64,000 nucleotides of DNA from contig JBCCJI010000014.1 of the NCBI GenBank assembly GCA_039027855.1, positions 33,492-97,491 on the forward strand, read 5' to 3'. Below, in pieces: positions 57,086-64,000 of this stretch. Below the pieces are notes generated by a model, which was given only the letters and a program-made list of their open reading frames with translations, searched no databases and was not told the origin of the DNA. Position numbers and translations under genes: made by a program. The stretch is from Pseudomonadota bacterium. GTDB lineage: Bacteria > Pseudomonadota > Alphaproteobacteria > Rhodobacterales > Rhodobacteraceae. Numbering within the stretch: the first letter of the stretch is position 1; every line of letters begins with the position of its first letter.

Positions 57086-58354
57086 TTACCCGCCGCCGCC
57101 CGACGAGGTGCGCACGTCGATCAGCTGGATCAGCGCGCGCAGGTCCTGACGCAGGGCGTTGGTACTCTCATGCCGGCCGACGCTCAGGTCATCGGTCAAC
57201 TGACGCAGTTGCGCCTCCATCGAGCGAAGGGCCTGCTTCGATTCCGCATCCAGACCGCCCGAGCGCCGGTTCTCCAGCGACCGGTCCAAAAGCTGCACGA
57301 CCGCCTGCTGGCCCGAGGCGACCGAGGCCTGTGCCGCGTCGATGCGTTTCAGCACATTCAGCGTGGCATATTCGCGGCTCGACTGGTTCTCCCGCGCCTC
57401 GCGCATCTCGCTGACCATCTGGCCCACAGCCGAGCGTTCATGCTCGATCTGGTTGGCCATCTCAGCGACCACATCGGCGGCGCGGGCCAGCCGGTTCTCG
57501 GCCTCGATCCGGGCCACCTCGGCCTTGGTGGCGAATTCGGTGGTCTTCTCCAGCCCCTCGTCGACACGCTCCAGCAGGGCGACCAGCACGCCCTCGGGCC
57601 CCTCGCCCTCGTTCATGACGCCAAGACGCGTGAAGGAGGAGATCCATTCCTCCAATTCGCGGTAGAAGCGGTTCTGCGCATGACCCGCGAAGATGTCGAG
57701 CAGGCCCACCACCAGCGAGCCTGCCAGCCCCAGCAGCGAGGAGGCGAAGGCCGTGCCCATCCCGCCGAAGAGCGCGACGATGCCCGCAAGGAAGGTCTGG
57801 AACCGGTCGGCCTCCCCCGCGCCTTCCGCCGCCGCGGCGCTGTCGCTCTCGAAGAACTCGGCCAGCGTTCCCTCAAGCGCTGTCACCGTCAGCGACAGAC
57901 CGAAGAAGGTGCCGAGCAGGCCAATCAGGATCAGCACATAGATGATGTAGCGGGTGATATCGCGCGTCTCGTCCAGACGCTGGGCCACGCTGTCCAGCAC
58001 GACGCGGGTCGATGAGGCGGCCAGCCTGCGCGACATCCGTCCCTCGCGCATCAGCGGCGCCATGGCGGCGAGCAGCGCGGGAGGCTTGTTGCCTTCCTCG
58101 AAGTTGCGGTCGAGATCGCGGATCCAGCCGACCGCGGCGCGCAGGCGGAAGACCTGCAGGAACGTGGCCAAAGTGCCGGCGGCGAAAACCACCACGATGA
58201 CGGCATTGAGGACTGGATTGGCGTTGAAGATCGGCTGGATCTGCGGGAGCAGGACGACCACGGCGGTGAACACCACCACCAAGACCGTGATCATCGGCAG
58301 GATCTGCCGGGTCGGCGGCGAGAACTCGACGTCGAGCTCTGGCTGTCGGCTCAT
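57086..58354 (-). CDS. MotA/TolQ/ExbB-family proton-channel protein with a cytoplasmic helical tail
   Basis: LIGLLGTFFGL, GMGTAFASSLLGLAGSL; helical C-terminal region of about 170 aa. Confidence 0.85.
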   Translation of the reverse strand: MSRQPELDVEFSPPTRQILPMITVLVVVFTAVVVLLPQIQPIFNANPVLNAVIVVVFAAGTLATFLQVFRLRAAVGWIRDLDRNFEEGNKPPALLAAMAPLMREGRMSRRLAASSTRVVLDSVAQRLDETRDITRYIIYVLILIGLLGTFFGLSLTVTALEGTLAEFFESDSAAAAEGAGEADRFQTFLAGIVALFGGMGTAFASSLLGLAGSLVVGLLDIFAGHAQNRFYRELEEWISSFTRLGVMNEGEGPEGVLVALLERVDEGLEKTTEFATKAEVARIEAENRLARAADVVAEMANQIEHERSAVGQMVSEMREARENQSSREYATLNVLKRIDAAQASVASGQQAVVQLLDRSLENRRSGGLDAESKQALRSMEAQLRQLTDDLSVGRHESTNALRQDLRALIQLIDVRTSSGGGG

Positions 58355-58510
58355 GATGTGTCCCGTCCCCTCAGTGCGCCCGCATCCGGACGTGTGGCGG
58401 CGACACTAGTCGCTCGCGCCCGCGTTGCCAGCGGTTTGTCCCGCCTTTTCCGGGCTTTCCCGCCCGGTGCGGCAGTCATGTCGTGATCGCCTGGCCACGG
58501 ATGACCCGCA

Positions 58511-59296
58511 TCAGGTCGCGATCATCCCCTTGAACGTCTCGAACACCTCGCCGTTGGCGGCGATGATGTTGCCGGTCTGCAGCGGATCGCCTCGCCCGAT
58601 GGGCCCCACCAGCCCGCCGGCTTCCTGCACGAGCAGCAGCCCGGCCGCCAGATCCCAAGGGCTGAGCTCACGCTCCCAGAAGCCGTCGTAGCGCCCCGCC
58701 GCCACATAGGCGAGATCGAGCGCCGCCGAGCCCAGACGCCGGACACCGGCGGTTGCGGGCAACAGCTTGGAGAGATCGGTGATCATGCTCGGCAGCGTCT
58801 GCTTGGCGCCAAAGGGGAGACCGGTGGCGAAGAGGCAATCCGCGATCTCGCGCCTGCCAGAGACACGCGCGCGGCGGTCGTTCACCCAGCAGCCGCTGCC
58901 GGCCTCGGCCACAAACATCTCGTCCTTGGCGGGATCGTAGACGACGGCGGCCGTGATCTTGCCCTTGTGCTCCAGCGCGATCGACACCGACCAGTGCGGC
59001 AGGCCGTGGAGGAAATTGGTCGTGCCGTCCAGCGGATCGACGATCCAGCGGCGCGTCTGGTCACGCCCCTCGACGGGATCGCTTTCCTCGGCCAGCCAAC
59101 CATAGGCGGGCCGGGCCTCCATCAGGCTGTCGCGGATCTTCTCCTCGGCCCGGCGATCGGCGTTCGAGACGAAATCACCTGCGCCCTTGCGGCTGACCTG
59201 CAGGTTCTCGACCTCGCCGAAATCGCGCACGAGCGCCCGGCCCGCCCGGCGCGCAGCCTTGATCATCACGTTGAGGTTGGGCGACATCATTGCCAT
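58511..59296 (-). CDS. suhB: Inositol monophosphatase SuhB
   Basis: DFGEVENLQV, WIVDPLDGTTNF, RRLGSAALDLAYVAAGR, WDLAAG. Confidence 0.92.
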   Translation of the reverse strand: MAMMSPNLNVMIKAARRAGRALVRDFGEVENLQVSRKGAGDFVSNADRRAEEKIRDSLMEARPAYGWLAEESDPVEGRDQTRRWIVDPLDGTTNFLHGLPHWSVSIALEHKGKITAAVVYDPAKDEMFVAEAGSGCWVNDRRARVSGRREIADCLFATGLPFGAKQTLPSMITDLSKLLPATAGVRRLGSAALDLAYVAAGRYDGFWERELSPWDLAAGLLLVQEAGGLVGPIGRGDPLQTGNIIAANGEVFETFKGMIAT

Positions 59297-59395
59297 CGAG
59301 AATTTCCCGTTGAGGGCCGGCGGAACAGACGTAGCGAAAGCGCGCCCGCCGTTCGGCTACGCTGCGCTGACAGGATTGTCGAGAGGGGGGCAGGA

Positions 59396-59755
59396 ATGCG
59401 CTTGCAAGCGGATAGCGACATGGCAGTCGATATCTTCGTGCGCCGCGTGACGGCCCCGGGCACGCTCTGGATCCTCGATGACGACGGCTACATCGCGGGC
59501 TGTCCATCACTCAAGGAACCGGATCGCTGGGTCTTCCCCGTCTTCTCGGACCGTGCCTATGCGCAACGGGGCGCCTGCTGGGAAGACGCGCACCCTCCAG
59601 CCGCGGTCTCCCTGTCGCTATTCGTCGAGAAGATCTTGCCCGAAGTCATTCGCGAGGGGCGACTCATCGGGCCCAACTGGGATGGCAACATGGCTGGCGC
59701 CGAGGTGGAGCCGGCAACCATGAGGTCGCTGCTCGATGACGCGCAAACGACATAG
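59396..59755 (+). CDS. DUF2750-like small protein
   Basis: LWIL.DDG, FPVFSDRAYAQ, LIGPNWDG...G.EVEP. Confidence 0.65.
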   Translation: MRLQADSDMAVDIFVRRVTAPGTLWILDDDGYIAGCPSLKEPDRWVFPVFSDRAYAQRGACWEDAHPPAAVSLSLFVEKILPEVIREGRLIGPNWDGNMAGAEVEPATMRSLLDDAQTT

Positions 59756-59781
59756 CCGAGACAACAAATATCGCAGCCCGG

Positions 59782-60345
59782 TCAGGCGCGCTCGACGTAT
59801 TCCATGGTCTCGGTGTTCACCACGATCTTCTCGTCCTGCCCGACGAAGGGCGGCACCATCACCCGTACGCCGTTGTCGAGGATCGCAGGCTTGTAGCTAT
59901 TGGCCGCGGTCTGGCCCTTCACCACCGGCTCGGTCTCGGTGATCGTGCAGGTGACCTTTTCGGGCAGCGAAGCGCTCAGCGCCTCGGTCTCATAGTACTC
60001 GATCGTCACCGTCATGCCGTCCTGCAGGAACGGACGGCGATCGCCCATCAAGTCGGCCGAGAGCTCGATCTGCTCAAAGGTCTCCTGGTCCATGAAGACC
60101 AGCATGCCGTCGGTCTCGTACAGAAATTGCTGGTCCTTCTGCTCCAGGCGCACCCGTTCCACCTTGTCGGCCGAGCGAAAACGCTCGTTCAGCTTGGAGC
60201 CGTTGCGCAAATTCTTCATCTCGACCTGGGCGAAAGCACCGCCTTTGCCAGGCTTGACGTGGTCGGTCTTCACCGCGACCCACAGGCCGCCATTGTGTTC
60301 CAGCACGTTGCCTACGCGGATCTCGTTGCCGTTGATCTTGACCAT
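59782..60345 (-). CDS. efp: Elongation factor P
   Basis: [23 protein letters not shown]. Confidence 0.97.
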   Translation of the reverse strand: MVKINGNEIRVGNVLEHNGGLWVAVKTDHVKPGKGGAFAQVEMKNLRNGSKLNERFRSADKVERVRLEQKDQQFLYETDGMLVFMDQETFEQIELSADLMGDRRPFLQDGMTVTIEYYETEALSASLPEKVTCTITETEPVVKGQTAANSYKPAILDNGVRVMVPPFVGQDEKIVVNTETMEYVERA

Positions 60346-60572
60346 GAATGCCGTCCGTCGCTGCGTATCGCATCACTCGCGGCGCTCTGGAGTCCGCCTC
60401 GCTGGCGCCTATAGCGGGCTGGAGGGACCTTGGAAAGGCGCGAGCGCATTGCGGCGTCCGATGCCGCATGAAGAGGCTCTTCTTATGCTACCAAATTTTG
60501 TGTAATAATGAGGGGGTTCGCGGTGTGATGTGTTGAGTGCCTTCCTCCAGCCAAGAGACAGGGGCGACGAAC

Positions 60573-61019
60573 ATGAACATGCCAAGGCGGTCGATCCTGG
60601 CGCTCGGCTCGGTCTTCCTGCTTGGCCCGTCCCTGGCGGGCATCGGCCACAGCCGCGCGTCCCCCGTTATCGCGGGAGGCTTCGACGTCATCGGCTATTT
60701 CGACGGCAAGCCGCAGCGCGGTACGACCTGGCACGCGGCCGAGATGGGCGGCAACACCTACCGGTTCGCAAGTTCTCGAAACCGCGACCGCTTCCTGGCG
60801 GCGCCCCAGCGCTTTGCGCCGGCTTATGAAGGGCACTGTGCCTATGGTGTCCGGATGGGACAGAAATTCCGCACCGATCCAAGTGCGTTCGACATCGTGG
60901 AGGGGCGCTTGTTTCTCTTCCTCGACCCGGGCACGCAAAGCGTTTGGCGCCAGTCGCCCGATCGCAACATCGCGGTGGCCGACGGGATCTGGTCAACGTT
61001 GAAGGCCGGACCGTTCTGA
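60573..61019 (+). CDS. YHS-domain-family exported protein with a Tat-like signal
   Basis: MNMPRRSILALG; GGFDVIGYF, YRFASSRNRDRFLAAP..FAPAYEGHCAYG. Confidence 0.75.
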   Translation: MNMPRRSILALGSVFLLGPSLAGIGHSRASPVIAGGFDVIGYFDGKPQRGTTWHAAEMGGNTYRFASSRNRDRFLAAPQRFAPAYEGHCAYGVRMGQKFRTDPSAFDIVEGRLFLFLDPGTQSVWRQSPDRNIAVADGIWSTLKAGPF

Positions 61020-61026
61020 GACCACG

Positions 61027-63051
61027 ATGACCGATACCGGAACCACCATGCCAAACAGCGCGACGCGCGCGCTCGAGCGGGTAACGGCGCCCAACTCGGT
61101 CCATCCTGGCCGGGCGCCGCTGCATCTGCAGGTCTTCGTCCGGCTCGCGCCCATCGTGGCGGCGGTGTTCCTGATCTCGATCGCAACCTCGGCCTGGTTT
61201 GGCTTTCGCGCCGATCAGCGTGAGCTGCACGATAAGCTGGTGCATGTGATCGGTAATCAGTCGATCGTCATGGCGCAGCCGATGGCCGACCGTGAGACGC
61301 GGCTGATCGGGCTGATGGCAGCCGGCGTGATGGCCGACCCGGACATCGTCTATGCCCGCCTGACCGATACGGAAGGCGAGGCTGTGCTGGTGCTGGGCAT
61401 GGCGCCTGACTACGGCATCATCGAGCGCCAGCCCGTTCGCCTTGTCGAGAACGGCGTCATTCAAACACTCGGCGCCATCGAGATCGGCGCCAGCTATCGT
61501 GGCCCCGTGGCGACGCTGCTGCAGAACCTCGCCACCTCGATCAGTGGCGTCCTGCTGGCGACGGCCGCTTGCTGGATCGCTTTGATCGTCGTGCTGAAAC
61601 GCGTGGTCGGCACGCCGGTCTCTGAACTGCGCCGGGAGATTGACGCCTGGCGCGGCCAGGGGCGCGAGCGCACGGATGGCGACGGCATGGAAGGTGACGA
61701 GATCGTCGCCCTCACCTCAGCCTTCGAAGCGCTGAAGATGGAGCGCTGGCGCCATGAAGAGGCGCTGCAGACACTGCTCGACGATCTCGAACGCCGGGTG
61801 GATCAGCGCACGCGTGCCATGCGCCAGGCCCGCGATGCGGCGCAACAGGCCAATGCCGCCAAGGCGGATTTCCTGGCCGCGATGAGCCACGAGATCCGCA
61901 CGCCGATGAACGCCATCCTCGGCATCGCCCACGCGCTCTCGGATGGCGATATTGACCGCGAGACCTGTGACGACGGCAAAAGCCTCAGGATCCTGCGCGA
62001 TAGCGGACGCCAGCTGATCACCCTGCTCGACGAGATCCTCGATCTCTCGAAGATCGAGGCTGGCAAGCTCGCCATCAAACGCGAGGCGACCGAGCTGCAT
62101 GCCCTCGTCAGGAGTGTCGGCGAGATGTGGCAGGCACAAGCCAGCCTGAAAGGCGTGGCCCTGTCGGTCGAGATCGCGTCAGACGTGCCCACGCGGGCCG
62201 AGGTCGACGGTGTGAGACTGCGACAATGCCTCGGCAATCTGGTCTCGAATGCCGTCAAGTTCACCGAGGCGGGCTCGATCACGATCAGCCTCGGTCTCGA
62301 TGCGGGCGGCGTTCGGGATGGCGTGAGGGGCGGCGATCAACGGCTGCGCCTTTCGGTGAGCGACACCGGCCCAGGCATCACGCCGGAGACGATGGCTGGA
62401 TTGTTTGAGCCGTTCACGCAAGGAACCAGCGGCGGGCAGCGGGTGGTCGGCGGCACCGGACTTGGCCTCGCCATCACGCGGCGGCTGATGCGGTTGATGG
62501 GCGGCGATGTCGATGTCGAAACCAAGCTCGGTCGCGGTTCGATCTTCACCATGCGCTTTCCCGCGGCGGTCGCGTGCGAGAGACAGGCCGACACGAGCGA
62601 GCCCGATGACCTACCCGATCTGAGCGGCGTCAGGATCCTGGTCGTCGACGACGTGGCGACCAACCGCTACGTGGCGCGCCTGCTGCTGGAGCCCGCCGGA
62701 ACCGAGGTCATCGAAGCCGCCAATGGTCCGGCAGCGCTGGAATGCCTGGCAGAGACGACGGTGGATCTTGTGCTGCTCGATCTGCACATGCCCGAGATGG
62801 ATGGCTTCGAGACCGTGGAGCGGATTCGCGCCATGGGCGCGCCCGCCAGCGAGGTGAGGCTGATCGTGTTGACCGCCGACACGCGAGATGCGCTGCAAGA
62901 CCGTCTCTACGACCAGCCGATCGACGCGATCATGACCAAACCCTTCGATGCGGACGAGGCGATCCGGACCATCGGGCGGATCATCGGTCGGGCCCCATCA
63001 TCCGATGCCGGCGGCGAGGTCATTCCGTTCGTCCGACGGTCCAGCGCCTGA
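61027..63051 (+). CDS. Membrane hybrid sensor histidine kinase / receiver
   Basis: Two TM helices; H box MSHEIRTPMN; NLVSNAVKFT, DTGPGI, GGTGLGL; REC VVDD...LLDLHMP...TKP. Confidence 0.93.
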   Translation: MTDTGTTMPNSATRALERVTAPNSVHPGRAPLHLQVFVRLAPIVAAVFLISIATSAWFGFRADQRELHDKLVHVIGNQSIVMAQPMADRETRLIGLMAAGVMADPDIVYARLTDTEGEAVLVLGMAPDYGIIERQPVRLVENGVIQTLGAIEIGASYRGPVATLLQNLATSISGVLLATAACWIALIVVLKRVVGTPVSELRREIDAWRGQGRERTDGDGMEGDEIVALTSAFEALKMERWRHEEALQTLLDDLERRVDQRTRAMRQARDAAQQANAAKADFLAAMSHEIRTPMNAILGIAHALSDGDIDRETCDDGKSLRILRDSGRQLITLLDEILDLSKIEAGKLAIKREATELHALVRSVGEMWQAQASLKGVALSVEIASDVPTRAEVDGVRLRQCLGNLVSNAVKFTEAGSITISLGLDAGGVRDGVRGGDQRLRLSVSDTGPGITPETMAGLFEPFTQGTSGGQRVVGGTGLGLAITRRLMRLMGGDVDVETKLGRGSIFTMRFPAAVACERQADTSEPDDLPDLSGVRILVVDDVATNRYVARLLLEPAGTEVIEAANGPAALECLAETTVDLVLLDLHMPEMDGFETVERIRAMGAPASEVRLIVLTADTRDALQDRLYDQPIDAIMTKPFDADEAIRTIGRIIGRAPSSDAGGEVIPFVRRSSA

Positions 63052-63312
63052 TCCAACACCTCGGCCACACCTGGTGCAGACCCTGGGAAAACCCTGCCTA
63101 GGGCTTTCATGCAGCCGCTGATCGCCCGTGCGCGAAGCGTCGGCGTCGTGCGATAATGCATGATGCAACCCCGCACCGGAACCGAATGAAAGCCTGGAAA
63201 TGGCGAAAAAACGGCAGGTTGAAGGCAGTTTTTAATTGCTTCTGCCAGCCCGCGGGTGATTCCATCGCGTCAGAGGCGAAAAGCCCGGCTAGTGTATCTG
63301 CGAGGTAGAGTA

Positions 63313-64000
63313 ATGACTGTGCGGGATCAGGGGACCGCTGGCGGGCGAGGCGATCTCGCCATTTTGGTGGAGGCGTTGCCCGATGGTGTGATGTTGGTGG
63401 GGCGCGACCTGCGGCTCCGGGCCGGGAACGCGCTGTTGGCGGATATGTTCGGGCTGGATGCGGCGCTGCTGCGTCCCGGGACGGCGCTCTCCGAGGTGTT
63501 GCAGGCAATCTCGGCCGCCGGCGGTTTCGACCGCGATGGCGAGGTGGGCGACGACGCGATCGAGACCATGATCGCGGAGTGGACGGCCGAGCAGCCGATG
63601 CGCGAGCGGCGCCACCTGACCGATGGGCGGATCATCGACGTGATCGTCGAACCCCTCGCGGATGGCGAGGTACTCGCAGTCCATCAGGACGTGACCGAAC
63701 GCCATGCCGCGGATGCCGAGCGCGACAGCCTCTCCGACGACCTAATGACGATGCTCGACAGTCTCGAGGACGGGATTTGCATCGTCGATGCCAAGGGGCG
63801 CCTGCTGGCCTTCAATCCCCGCTTCGTCGCGCTGATGGGCGCACGGGCCGGCAGTATCCGTCCCGGCGACACCGTGCGCCGTCTGGCCAGTGCCTTTGGC
63901 GATCTGGAGCATCTCTCCGGCACCCGCCGGGCGGTCGAGGCACAGCGGCGCACGCGCATTCTGAGCGATGCCGGCGCCAACTGCCTGATCCAGACCTTCC
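63313..64000 (+). CDS. PAS_7-repeat sensor protein, 3'-truncated by window edge
   Basis: Not in the ORF track (no stop). MTVRDQG...EALPDGVMLV...N..LADMFGL...LRPG...DGRIIDV...HQDVTE, then a second PAS LDSLEDGICIVD...FNPRF. Confidence 0.85.
   Translation, partial: MTVRDQGTAGGRGDLAILVEALPDGVMLVGRDLRLRAGNALLADMFGLDAALLRPGTALSEVLQAISAAGGFDRDGEVGDDAIETMIAEWTAEQPMRERRHLTDGRIIDVIVEPLADGEVLAVHQDVTERHAADAERDSLSDDLMTMLDSLEDGICIVDAKGRLLAFNPRFVALMGARAGSIRPGDTVRRLASAFGDLEHLSGTRRAVEAQRRTRILSDAGANCLIQTF

Noticed and set aside
54764-58354. Zorya anti-phage system
   Set aside because: No zorC/zorD/zorE, and the context is housekeeping (efp-suhB), not a defence island; kept only as a stator-like pair

Overview
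Very GC-rich alphaproteobacterial chromosome segment, most likely Rhodobacterales (inferred from gene families, GAAC-N7-GAAC SOS boxes and the efp-suhB-motA/motB-like synteny). It is mostly core and envelope/stress genes: two GT4 glycosyltransferases, gpt with a purine-type ABC transporter, a solo ParA, an RND pump, tamAB, an acetylpolyamine amidohydrolase-like HDAC, a GNAT-nitrilase fusion, a GT-C transferase, oxyR-katG, a Zur-boxed DUF1826/DUF6525 pair, fpr, arfB, yhhQ, an imuA-imuB-dnaE2 mutasome locus, tRNA-Met(CAT), a dipeptidase, a MotA/MotB-like pair, suhB, efp and two sensor proteins. I found no transposase, integrase, prophage or CRISPR array. The main observation is the mutasome. dnaE2 appears cleanly split into a 1019-aa PHP/polymerase/HhH gene and a separate 188-aa OB-fold gene that carries the C-terminal SRDFH motif, 2.3 kb downstream with two unrelated intact genes in between and no intein. 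A membrane pentapeptide-repeat gene sits between imuB and dnaE2, and dnaE2 has its own LexA box abutting its ATG. Other candidates are an RHH-membrane/Tat-EF-hand protein, a DnaA-box/IHF/AT-rich intergenic locus, a metazoan-like SDR39U1 epimerase and a stator-like MotA/MotB pair with a very long coiled coil. All family calls come from recognised motifs, not database searches.
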